Shown one piece after another: positions 29,201 to 37,555 of a stretch of DNA of 47,376 nucleotides. The position numbers and the translations under genes were made by a program. How positions within the stretch are numbered: the first letter of the stretch is position 1; each line of letters starts with the position of its first letter. The notes under the pieces are model-generated. The model was not told the origin of the DNA. It searched no databases and saw only the letters and a list, made by a program, of their open reading frames with translations. Source of the DNA: an uncultured Flavobacteriaceae bacterium (GTDB taxonomy: Bacteria > Bacteroidota > Bacteroidia > Flavobacteriales > Flavobacteriaceae); assembly GCA_964536675.1 (NCBI GenBank), contig CAZHYX010000001.1:1-47376 (forward strand). Direction: 5' to 3'.

Positions 29201-30007
29201 AAATTATTTTTTAAATCAGGTGGTAATTTTATTTATTGGGATACCATTATAGCTAATCTTAGTGTAACATCAATTTCTGTTGCGACTTCTACATTTAATG
29301 ATATTGCTAATCAAGAATTATCTTTAAGCTGGAATGTTTATAAAGGTATGTTTATAAAATTTACATCAGGATTAAATACAGGGGTTCGTAGGGAAATAAT
29401 TGAATATGATGGATTTTATAAACAATTTATAACTTTACCATTTTTAAATACAATAAATATAGGGGATAATTTTTTAATAGAAATTCCTTCAGTTGCTAAA
29501 CATCAGGAGAATTTTATTCCTGATATGTCAAGTAATATTTCTATTCCTCCTTTTATAGTATCAGCTTCTGTTAATACTATTAATGCTTGGAAAGTTTTTG
29601 ATAGAAGTACAGAAAATTGGCATTTTAGCAGTCCTGTAGGTCAGTGGTTAATGATAGATTTAGGTAGTGAACAGAAATTTGTTTTTTTTACTTTAAATCA
29701 ATATAGTACAGGTGCAGTAAAAACTTTTAGAATTGAAGGTGCAAATATATTAGGAACATGGATAAATTTAAGTGGAACAAGAAATGCTAAAAATCAAACA
29801 GGTAAACAAATATATTCTTTTTCAAATCCTAATGCTTATAGATATTATAGATTTGTTATTGAAAGTGTATATGGAACTTGGGTACAAATATTTAATTTTG
29901 AATTTATGCTTTTCAATAGCTATTTAACTGATGATCCTGAAGGACGTGTTTATATTTCAGAAGATAGTGATTTAAACATAAGTTATGGTTATATCAAAAG
30001 AGGTTAA
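26249..30007 (+). CDS. Large tail/receptor-binding protein with lectin-like and C-terminal discoidin (F5/8 type C)-like domains
   Basis: 1252 aa; DDFND...SGDFEITTHI...LKITRVNN ConA-like segment; AWKVFD...QWLMIDLG...YRYYRFVI discoidin-like segment. Confidence 0.68.
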   Translation: MIDFKGVVKLTIVDKRTDKIKFVHEQENVFFNQGLKNIINNQSRVLCITDSSTPLTINSNALDGIVMSQSAPNIRTYDHDDMGHTFIANFAPPTTGTRTTRAVALAGNTLGQLAWAGTVLTTPVNQLDEFSVLWIHYTIFVQLPVQGGGSGFWGGSIRERIAPNIFSNLYSTQMSNLMHMNSFVGNPDESNVNWVPMSSLIDISSNSTIKDPDRYRIFHKNTLGTAANRTIGANMYGSRGFGPWNNISQFLPYNKAMISRVWAKNKSSNSIFFDSMNLPIGYDRAVEVKEKTHPYVMTGIPRLVLNAVIGSVGGAVGTATYKLASYTNYNTKSIEMNQSHIAGFVGHSWARWAIGIFDRGNFQYIVHHNTHQHRLYITCLDNNVVYEFSNSCKDSTYQSVGDILWLLDNNHNTIHKLPLSINFGDSVITNSYTHPTKQLLRILFILGKIWCETSDRTGWIIFDPITELWTDSVINRSNYGILFNDGEGSSYHDIVNGRLFSRRSGSLFYVNTNLTNAINVVVPYFDDFNDGIMKNWGFHNTNLWGLRGNIKEINGELQLLSGQGHWTNTVNTVTQVGHYLMSGDFEITTHITNFDPPTTRTSVEAGMFVMGIETGGGTKSIGSYILSSGVRMIRTLSSTTGHRAVEASATLNLTSFRLKITRVNNNIECFYSDSLITISDVNAVWISLGNPYTHLTGKVIVGLYNSNSNSITQQWPCHYGEYRINSGIVDQQVAVLPVTEGVREKSRSSLNVNNTVTNCIAYTDNTYFVVDKRNGGITKINSLTFEQTILSNVFFNTSSLSQVSAYQGIGVVIYNIGLNNVWFLMDGGVNWNWANVICLIAFVTKWGVIIVRNSESVTLSIFGEWGWDGVKWIYGHEGEKITHIDWQDTAIGDLQIRFNPRPGSPSTTIDVNDRYDFQAMVGVIKDNEQILQDFGAASYLGIFGEINNELRSPPYTIDPSGARTLLVNATNIPGFLSCDFEVKEKLFFKSGGNFIYWDTIIANLSVTSISVATSTFNDIANQELSLSWNVYKGMFIKFTSGLNTGVRREIIEYDGFYKQFITLPFLNTINIGDNFLIEIPSVAKHQENFIPDMSSNISIPPFIVSASVNTINAWKVFDRSTENWHFSSPVGQWLMIDLGSEQKFVFFTLNQYSTGAVKTFRIEGANILGTWINLSGTRNAKNQTGKQIYSFSNPNAYRYYRFVIESVYGTWVQIFNFEFMLFNSYLTDDPEGRVYISEDSDLNISYGYIKRG

Positions 30008-30010
30008 AAA

Positions 30011-30574
30011 ATGTTAGTAAGTAGAATTAGTTGCAGAGGAGTACCAGGAGATGCTTGGTGGAGTAATGATAGAGTGTTTTGGGGAGCATTTTCTGTAGGT
30101 GAATGGAAACTTCATACAGCTGATAGACAGAAAGTTTTTGAAGATATTACATTATTATCACTTGGGAAAGGAATTTATAAAGGAATATGTGCACAGGGAA
30201 GTCCTACTACTCAATGGAATATAATTGTATCTGTTGATGGATTTTTATCTTCATTTAAATATAATAAAGATTGTAGAAGTTTACTGGGAAATGAGTTTAT
30301 TGGAGTAGGAACTTATCCTAGAATGTTTTGGAGTGATTTTATAGGTTTAGGATTAATTATGTTTATTGCAGATCGCAAATTATTTGGTAGATTTAGCACT
30401 GATTGGTTAGATTTTAAAAGTGTAATAAAAGCTGAAATATTTATTCAAAATCTCACTCTTGGAAATAGTTTTCATGCTTTATGGGATAATAATATTTCTC
30501 TTTTGGATTGGATTTTTCTATATCAAGAATTACATGAAAAACAATTAGGAGGGATTGAAAATTATTTATTATGA
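30011..30574 (+). CDS. Hypothetical tail protein
   Basis: ORF tiles within the operon. Confidence 0.55.
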   Translation: MLVSRISCRGVPGDAWWSNDRVFWGAFSVGEWKLHTADRQKVFEDITLLSLGKGIYKGICAQGSPTTQWNIIVSVDGFLSSFKYNKDCRSLLGNEFIGVGTYPRMFWSDFIGLGLIMFIADRKLFGRFSTDWLDFKSVIKAEIFIQNLTLGNSFHALWDNNISLLDWIFLYQELHEKQLGGIENYLL

Positions 30575-30927
30575 TAATTTGGGAGATTAAAGATAAAGAT
30601 ATTATTTTTGATTCTATAGGTAGACCTAAAGTGGTTTCTGATGTTGAGTTGTTAACTCAATTAACAAGACAAATGTTATTAATGGAAACTGATAAAAGAG
30701 GATTTGGAGCAAATCTTGGTAAAACTGGATTTGATATAACTGTTGAAATACATGAAGCAGTAAGAAGGTGGCTCATGATACAGAATAAAAGTAAATTTAT
30801 AAGAGATATTAAATTATATAAAATAGAATTTTTAGATGTAATTCAAAGGGATAAGACAAGTGTAAAATTTAGTCTTAGTATTCTTTCTAATAAAGGGCAA
30901 GAGCAACGTTTGGAGATGACAATATGA
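30571..30927 (+). CDS. Probable baseplate wedge gp25/gpW-like protein
   Basis: 118 aa immediately before the baseplate J-like gene; DIIFDSIG and FGANL. Confidence 0.6.
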   Translation: MIIWEIKDKDIIFDSIGRPKVVSDVELLTQLTRQMLLMETDKRGFGANLGKTGFDITVEIHEAVRRWLMIQNKSKFIRDIKLYKIEFLDVIQRDKTSVKFSLSILSNKGQEQRLEMTI

Positions 30928-32258
30928 AAAGTCAAGAATATTGGAGACAAAAGATACAACAATCTATTACTACTCAAAATGCAAATATTGATGTAGAATT
31001 TGGAACTGTTTTTGATGCTGTGATAAATCCTTCTGCAATAATGTTAGAAGAAATAAGTAGTGAAATAGATAAATTTAATAGACTTATAGATTTTAGTAAA
31101 TGGGAACAATGGACTGATAGTGAAATGCAGCAAATTGCTATGAATTATGGATTGTATAGGGGAACTGGAACAAAAAGTACTGGAGTTATAACGTTTCATA
31201 TAATAGATAAACCTACAACTGATTTTATTGTTCCTATGAATACAACTGTATCAACTACTGGTGGTATTAAGTTTAGGACAACCAGTAGGATTCATATTAC
31301 TAATCCTCAAGATTTTAAAAATGTTCTTTTAGGAAGATATGAATTTCAAACTTCCATAGAAGCTTTAGAAACAGGAACAGAAGGAAATGTTCCTGCAGGT
31401 AGTATAGTTATTTCTAATGTTATTAATAAAACAAAAACAGTAGGAGGAACAGATAAAGAATCTAATGAACATTTTTTTAAAAGAATTTTAATGTTGATAC
31501 AGGGTGGAGTTGGAGGGACTACAAATAATGGTTTAAGATTAAGATTATTAGCAAATTTTCCTGACAAGATAAGAAGTGTAGAAGTAGAAACTGACAATCC
31601 TATTATCACAGGCACAACTGATATTTGGTTTATAGGCAGTAGATTAAAAGAGAACACTATTACTACTTATTGGTTTAATAATGATATTGCAATTTCAACT
31701 ACTCCTATTGTGGATATTATATCAATACAGAGTGCTGGTGTGCAATTTCATGAAAATATAGATTGGATTTTAATAAAAGATTCAATATCTGGTTTTGCAA
31801 GAACAAGCAAAACAAGAGATGTAATTAGATGGATTAGTAATTCAAAACCTTCTTTTGGATCACAAATAATAATAAATTATATAAGTAATGATTTAGTAAG
31901 AGATATTGAAAATTGGGTTAATAAAGACTATAATAAAGCCATTGGTTTAAATCTACAGTATAGGGAAGGAATACCTATTGAAGTGGAGATTAAAGTAACT
32001 GTTCATTTATCTTCAGGGTTTGGGGTTGAAGCGTATGAACAAGTAAAATTAAATATATCTAACTTTGTCAATAGTAGAGGATTAGGTGAACCACTTGAAA
32101 TTGCAGATTTAATTTCTAATGTAAAAAAAGTTCCTGGTGTAGATAATATTATTTTTAATCATTTATTTAAGAAAGGAGGTGAAATAGGAGTTTCAGATTT
32201 AACGACTAATAAGTCAGGTTATTTTGTAGTACATTTTATTAATTTAATAGGAGGATAA
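30924..32258 (+). CDS. Baseplate J-like wedge protein
   Basis: GTEGNVPAGSI, GGTDKESNE, VPGVD motifs. Confidence 0.85.
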   Translation: MKSQEYWRQKIQQSITTQNANIDVEFGTVFDAVINPSAIMLEEISSEIDKFNRLIDFSKWEQWTDSEMQQIAMNYGLYRGTGTKSTGVITFHIIDKPTTDFIVPMNTTVSTTGGIKFRTTSRIHITNPQDFKNVLLGRYEFQTSIEALETGTEGNVPAGSIVISNVINKTKTVGGTDKESNEHFFKRILMLIQGGVGGTTNNGLRLRLLANFPDKIRSVEVETDNPIITGTTDIWFIGSRLKENTITTYWFNNDIAISTTPIVDIISIQSAGVQFHENIDWILIKDSISGFARTSKTRDVIRWISNSKPSFGSQIIINYISNDLVRDIENWVNKDYNKAIGLNLQYREGIPIEVEIKVTVHLSSGFGVEAYEQVKLNISNFVNSRGLGEPLEIADLISNVKKVPGVDNIIFNHLFKKGGEIGVSDLTTNKSGYFVVHFINLIGG

Positions 32259-32262
32259 AAAA

Positions 32263-32922
32263 ATGGCAACTTTTGAACAGATTCCTTTTGCAGGGGATCA
32301 AAATACTCAGAATGTTTTTAGACTTACAATATTAACACAACCTTGTAGCGATGCTCCAAGAATAACAACATGGGATGATTTTAATTGTAACACAACTTTA
32401 AAAGAATCTTTGGTTGGCACTGTGCAGTCTGGTAATTTAAGTCAAGTATTTGGATTTGATACAACTACAGCAGCATCTTCAGCGAATTGGTGCCTGGGGT
32501 TAACAGAAATTCCAGGTGGGGTATGGAATGCAGGGAATAGATTAAAAGGAGGACAATCTTTTATAAAGTTAGGAAATCCTGCCACTCCTCCAGGAGTTAA
32601 TGGTACAAGAACATTTAATTTAGCTTTTGGAGTAGCTGGAGATAGTACGGCAGGAACAGCAGGGCATGATTGTGTATTAGGGATAACATTGTTTTATACA
32701 GGAGTAGCCCCTGGTATTTTATTACAATATAATAATGCTGCATCTGAAACAGCAGTATGGAAAACTCTTCATACTCAGAGTAAAGGAATAGCAACTGCTC
32801 CAGCTTTACCAAATGCAATATCTGCTACTGGAACAGATAGTACAACATCTCATTTAGATCCAGTGACTAAACCTACAACTGGTGAAAAAATATCAGAACA
32901 GTATTGGGTGCAAACAATATAA
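32263..32922 (+). CDS. Hypothetical structural protein (T/A/G-rich)
   Basis: GGAGG RBS; virion-like composition. Confidence 0.65.
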   Translation: MATFEQIPFAGDQNTQNVFRLTILTQPCSDAPRITTWDDFNCNTTLKESLVGTVQSGNLSQVFGFDTTTAASSANWCLGLTEIPGGVWNAGNRLKGGQSFIKLGNPATPPGVNGTRTFNLAFGVAGDSTAGTAGHDCVLGITLFYTGVAPGILLQYNNAASETAVWKTLHTQSKGIATAPALPNAISATGTDSTTSHLDPVTKPTTGEKISEQYWVQTI

Positions 32923-33248
32923 TGGTTAAATTTTTTGGTAGTAGTGGAAAACAATATACTGAGTGGAATGATATAAATGAAAATTTAGTAAAAATTACAG
33001 TTCAATTATATGAAAATGGAGCATTTATTGTTTTGGAACAATATGATTACTATATGTTTCAAAAATATGGAACTGTATTTATGAACCCCACTGTAGCCAG
33101 TAATATGTTTAGGGGGTTTCAGGTAGGAGGTTATATTAATGGAATAGGTTGGACAATAATAGATATTGATTTAGCAACAAAACAAATTTCAATTACTCTT
33201 GAAAAAGAAATTTCCACTATTGCTAAAATACAAGGAGATAAAAAATGA
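32922..33248 (+). CDS. Hypothetical protein (start ATG 32922)
   Basis: TAATG overlap with the upstream stop codon. Confidence 0.55.
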   Translation: MVKFFGSSGKQYTEWNDINENLVKITVQLYENGAFIVLEQYDYYMFQKYGTVFMNPTVASNMFRGFQVGGYINGIGWTIIDIDLATKQISITLEKEISTIAKIQGDKK

Positions 33249-33700
33249 ATAAAAAACAGTTATTAGATGAATTAAATAAAAAATTTCACAAAGTTTCCAC
33301 TATAACAAATGCGGAGCAGAACCCTGATGGGCAAGCAATTAGATTAAAAGAAGGGATTAATTGCTATATTGCAGGGGTTTATGAGCGCCAAGGGGATGTA
33401 TTGTTGAGGCGGAATATTGGGTTTTACGTAGAAAATGAGAATAAGCGGGATGAGCGGGCTTTCTATGCTGAACGGATGCCTACTAATACTTTATCACAGC
33501 AGCCCATAAAAAGCAGATTTGGAGATGTTGACGGTGTTATAGAACAAGAAGCAAAAGATTTTGCTGTTGTCAAGCGTTTTGTTGTTACAAATAATATTGC
33601 TGAGGAAAAGCGGTTTCTTGTTAAGAAAGTTGGGGGCAAACTCACCGAGTATCCCATAAAAGAGCAAGTAATTAATAATATGTCTATCGGAGTAAGGTAA
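33245..33700 (+). CDS. Hypothetical protein in a compositionally distinct segment
   Basis: ATGA-type overlap; frequent CG-containing codons unlike neighbouring genes. Confidence 0.65.
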   Translation: MNKKQLLDELNKKFHKVSTITNAEQNPDGQAIRLKEGINCYIAGVYERQGDVLLRRNIGFYVENENKRDERAFYAERMPTNTLSQQPIKSRFGDVDGVIEQEAKDFAVVKRFVVTNNIAEEKRFLVKKVGGKLTEYPIKEQVINNMSIGVR

Positions 33701-35734
33701 ATGGCGGATTGGCTGGCAAATTACGATACTCGTAAGAAGCTGACTGTTGACCACACACTAATTGATAGCGACCTCTTTGATTTTCCCTCAGATGTTATTC
33801 TGCGTTCTACTAATTTTGATTTCACAAAAAGTCTTGCTAATGGTTTTGATGTCCGTTTTACTGCTGCTGATGGTACAACGCTTCTTGATTTTGAGCGTGA
33901 ACGCCACGACAATGTTGCCTTAAAAGCCGAATATAAAACAAGGCTTCCTTTCATATCCTCTGCCGCACCAACCGATAGCTTTGTCTATTACAAAAACGAC
34001 CCATCTATTCCTGACGGACAAAATCCGACTGCGGTTTGGGACACAGCGACTAAGGCTCGCTGGTCTCTAAAAGAAGACCCCACTGGTGGTGCTGGTGCAA
34101 TAAAAGACAGCACGATAAATAATAACGATGGAACTTCTTTTGGTGCGATGACTTCGGCTGATAGTGTTGAAGGGCAGGTTGGTAGGGCGTTGGATTTTGA
34201 CGGCGTGAATGATTATGTTGAAGTTGGAGTTGACGCAAGTTTGAATTTTATTGGCGCAATTACTCTTGAAGCGTGGGTTTACAGGATTGGAAGTGGTATC
34301 AATTGGAGTTATATTGTTGGCACTAATAGGGGGAATTGGAATAGCGGATATGCGTTAAAAGGAGAATTAGATGACCAATGGTCATTCTTTATGGCAAATG
34401 AGCCAACGAGTACTTCAATACAAATTACTACTACAGCAATACTTCCTGCTAATGAATGGGTGCATATTGTTGCCACGTGGGATGGTGTGGCGCCAGTAAC
34501 AGCGGAAGGTATGCAAATGTATTTTAATGATGTTATTCAATCAGTAACACGATTAGGAGTAGGAGCAACACCAACTGGAAATAATAACCCTGTATTCATT
34601 GGTTCATATGATGCAATGACTACCTGGTTCAACGGCCTCATCGACGAAGTCCGCATCTCAAACATAGCCTGCTCTCCTGCTTGGAGAAAAGCAACTTATC
34701 ATTCAGGTAATAATACTTTATTAACTTATGGGACTGAGGAATTAAAAGATATTCAATATTGTCTTTTTAATACAAATATACAAGAAGATATAAATAGATA
34801 TTGTTTTTTTAATGTAAGTATACAAGAAGATATAAGTAAGTATTGTTTTTTTAATACAAATATACGAGAAGATATAAATAAATATTGTCTTTTTAATGTA
34901 AATATAGTTTCTTTAGAAACATCTTGGTTATCATTTAATGCAGATATAGAAAGTTTTCATTGGGAATGGTATTCTTTTTCTGTTGATATAAAAGAATCAA
35001 CTATGGAATATTGTTTCTTAAATACTAATGTAGAAGAGACTCAATTTCTTTATACTTCTTTTAATATTAGTGAAGTAACAGATTCTTCAAATATCACTCA
35101 CACCGATATACAATTAATAGTAGAAGATTTTTTTAACCCTTATATCAGATTTAAAACAAATATAGAAGATAAAACAACCTCCTATGTTTCTTTCAATGTT
35201 CATATACATAGTGAAAAAGATAGATGGTTTGTTTTTTCACCCAGTATAATTCAAGAAAAACAAAAAAATTATTTATCTTTTAAGGCTTTAATTGAAAGTT
35301 TTGACGAATTACATGTTGGTTTTAAAACAACGCCACAGGAAATTTTAAATAAGTATTTACAATTTCAGACTACTATAGAATCAACGGATAAAAATTATTT
35401 AAATTTTAGTTGTATAATTAAACCTGAAATTTCTTTTATTCCTAAAGGGGGTAATTTTACAGAACCAATTAAAATAAACATAAGAACAACTGGATTCCCT
35501 CAAAAATTAAGAATTACATTAAATGGAATTATTCCAAATGAAAATTCTACAGAATATTCAGGAGAAGATATATCTATTTTAAAACCTATAACTGTATGGG
35601 TTAAAGGTTGGTGGGAAGATGGCTTTATTTATGATAAAAAAGAAATTTATAATATTCCTATTAATTATTTTATTCTTTATAAAGATGATGAAGAGATAGT
35701 TGTTATAGATGAAGAGGTATTATGGAAACAATAA
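33701..35734 (+). CDS. DUF2341 / LamG-like tail appendage protein with 14-aa repeats and a C-terminal FN3-associated-like module
   Basis: GFDVRFTAADGTTLLDFERE (DUF2341-like); ALDFDGVNDYV, ITLEAWV, WVHIVATWDG, FNGLIDEVRIS (LamG); PKGGNF...TLNGIIP. Confidence 0.8.
   Translation: MADWLANYDTRKKLTVDHTLIDSDLFDFPSDVILRSTNFDFTKSLANGFDVRFTAADGTTLLDFERERHDNVALKAEYKTRLPFISSAAPTDSFVYYKNDPSIPDGQNPTAVWDTATKARWSLKEDPTGGAGAIKDSTINNNDGTSFGAMTSADSVEGQVGRALDFDGVNDYVEVGVDASLNFIGAITLEAWVYRIGSGINWSYIVGTNRGNWNSGYALKGELDDQWSFFMANEPTSTSIQITTTAILPANEWVHIVATWDGVAPVTAEGMQMYFNDVIQSVTRLGVGATPTGNNNPVFIGSYDAMTTWFNGLIDEVRISNIACSPAWRKATYHSGNNTLLTYGTEELKDIQYCLFNTNIQEDINRYCFFNVSIQEDISKYCFFNTNIREDINKYCLFNVNIVSLETSWLSFNADIESFHWEWYSFSVDIKESTMEYCFLNTNVEETQFLYTSFNISEVTDSSNITHTDIQLIVEDFFNPYIRFKTNIEDKTTSYVSFNVHIHSEKDRWFVFSPSIIQEKQKNYLSFKALIESFDELHVGFKTTPQEILNKYLQFQTTIESTDKNYLNFSCIIKPEISFIPKGGNFTEPIKINIRTTGFPQKLRITLNGIIPNENSTEYSGEDISILKPITVWVKGWWEDGFIYDKKEIYNIPINYFILYKDDEEIVVIDEEVLWKQ
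34748..34906 (+). repeat. Four ~42-bp tandem repeats encoding DIxxYCxFNxxIxE
   Basis: Seen directly; degenerate units continue to about 35410. Confidence 0.85.
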
Positions 35735-36696
35735 AATATTGGAAATTAGTTGAACAAATCCCTAAAGGAAATTTTTATCATGAAAAATTTATTCCTTTTA
35801 AATTTGATGTTTATACAATTAAAGTACTTACATTATATCCATTAACTAATTATGATGTGAATATAAATAATATAATATATCATTTACAAACTGATTTAGC
35901 AGGAAATATAGAAATAAAAATTCATTTATTTTTAGGTAAAAATATATTACAATGGAGAAAAACAGGTACTGCTGCTTGGAAATCAAAGGAAATAATAACT
36001 TCAAATTTAGGAACTTTAATATCTGGCATTGCTCATGGAATGAAAGATTTGAACATAGATTTTTCCACTTCATGGGAACTTTTATATGGATTAGATAAAT
36101 TTTCTATTACTCCTGAGCAGTTAGAAGAAATTGTTCAGGCATTTTGGAATTTTACTGAAAAAAGAAAATTTATAAGACAAGTTTCTGGTGCTCTTAATCA
36201 TATTCCTGTAACAATACAGGAGATAGGAAATTTTATTCTTAGAACTAATTGGTTAAGTGGAAAAAAAGTAATTCAAGGAGGTCTATATAATTATATATAT
36301 AATCATATAGACTTTGGTACTGTTTTAAATGTTACAGGAGGTAGTGGGGTAAGAATTTTTCTTGAAATAGAGTTTGGAAAACAAGAGAATAAAGGACAAT
36401 GGATATTTAAAATCCATAGTAGATGGGCTGGTGCTGGTTCTGGTTCAATAGGACTTGGATATTGCATAGATGGAGTGAATTGGATTTGGAGTGAAACTTT
36501 TAATCTTTTTTTTAATTGGCAAGAATTTTTAATTTCTTCTCCTATAAAACCTGTTAAAGTAGGTATAAAATTTATTAATGCTTCATCGGATTTCTCAGTA
36601 GATTTTGGTCATATGTTTTTAAAGAATGAAGAAATTAAATTAACTTTACCAATGGTACTTGATAAAAAATCAATAGCTGTATGGAGTTGGGTATGA
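35722..36696 (+). CDS. Hypothetical baseplate protein
   Basis: Tail operon position. Confidence 0.55.
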   Translation: METIKYWKLVEQIPKGNFYHEKFIPFKFDVYTIKVLTLYPLTNYDVNINNIIYHLQTDLAGNIEIKIHLFLGKNILQWRKTGTAAWKSKEIITSNLGTLISGIAHGMKDLNIDFSTSWELLYGLDKFSITPEQLEEIVQAFWNFTEKRKFIRQVSGALNHIPVTIQEIGNFILRTNWLSGKKVIQGGLYNYIYNHIDFGTVLNVTGGSGVRIFLEIEFGKQENKGQWIFKIHSRWAGAGSGSIGLGYCIDGVNWIWSETFNLFFNWQEFLISSPIKPVKVGIKFINASSDFSVDFGHMFLKNEEIKLTLPMVLDKKSIAVWSWV

Positions 36697-37550
36697 TTTT
36701 AAATAAAGGAGTTCCTCTTGGAGCGAAAATTTCTTTTGGAATTAAAACAGAGATGAATGGAGTATGGAGGTCTTCTCTTCAGCATTGTTCTTTATTTGGA
36801 TTACATTATAATTCTTTAGGTACATATATTGAGTTATTAGATGATGTATGGAAAGATAAAGAAAGGATTACATTGTGGGTAAATTCTATCACTATGAGTT
36901 TAAATTTTGTACCATCAAAAAATGAAGCTATGGTATGGAAAAATAATGAATTATTAAGTAATGATAGTTGGCAATGGATACATAATGATATCAAATTAAA
37001 TAATGATATTTATAGAGAAAAAGATATTTGGGAAGTTTCTTATGAACAAAAAAAAGAAATTATAACTCCAGCTATTAATTTTTCCATAATCCCTATGAGT
37101 AAAAAGCCAATAATAGATGGTCATATTTTTCAAAAATATAAAGGGTATTTAAAAGAATTTGATATAACAGAAAATATTGTTTTTAATAATAAATTTCAAA
37201 CCAAATTGGTAACAGCTTGGTGTTTAGATAAAAAAGGTACTTTAAAAACAAGGGAAGGAAGGGTAGTTGTAGGTTGGAAATTTTTAGATGAAAAAAATAT
37301 AAAAATAGAACCACATGAATATCGTGCAAATGAAGAATATATCATATCTTACAAAGGGGTATGGGGATGGCATGGTTTTACTGGCATTGAAATATATTGC
37401 TCTCAAAATGGAGGACTTTTTAAAAGAATTGAAATGGAATCTATACTTGACCGACATAATCAATATCAGATAAAAGTAATTTTTAGAAAAGAAATAAAAG
37501 CAGGAGACATTAGGGTTCGTAGTTTAGTTATTAAAATTTTGGAGGTGTAA
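36693..37550 (+). CDS. Hypothetical baseplate protein (start ATG 36693)
   Basis: ATGA overlap, GGAG RBS. Confidence 0.55.
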   Translation: MILNKGVPLGAKISFGIKTEMNGVWRSSLQHCSLFGLHYNSLGTYIELLDDVWKDKERITLWVNSITMSLNFVPSKNEAMVWKNNELLSNDSWQWIHNDIKLNNDIYREKDIWEVSYEQKKEIITPAINFSIIPMSKKPIIDGHIFQKYKGYLKEFDITENIVFNNKFQTKLVTAWCLDKKGTLKTREGRVVVGWKFLDEKNIKIEPHEYRANEEYIISYKGVWGWHGFTGIEIYCSQNGGLFKRIEMESILDRHNQYQIKVIFRKEIKAGDIRVRSLVIKILEV

Positions 37551-37555
37551 AAATT

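Noticed and set aside
15052-32258. Tailocin, eCIS or type VI secretion locus
   Set aside because: Terminases, portal, protease and capsid genes are present, indicating a complete phage
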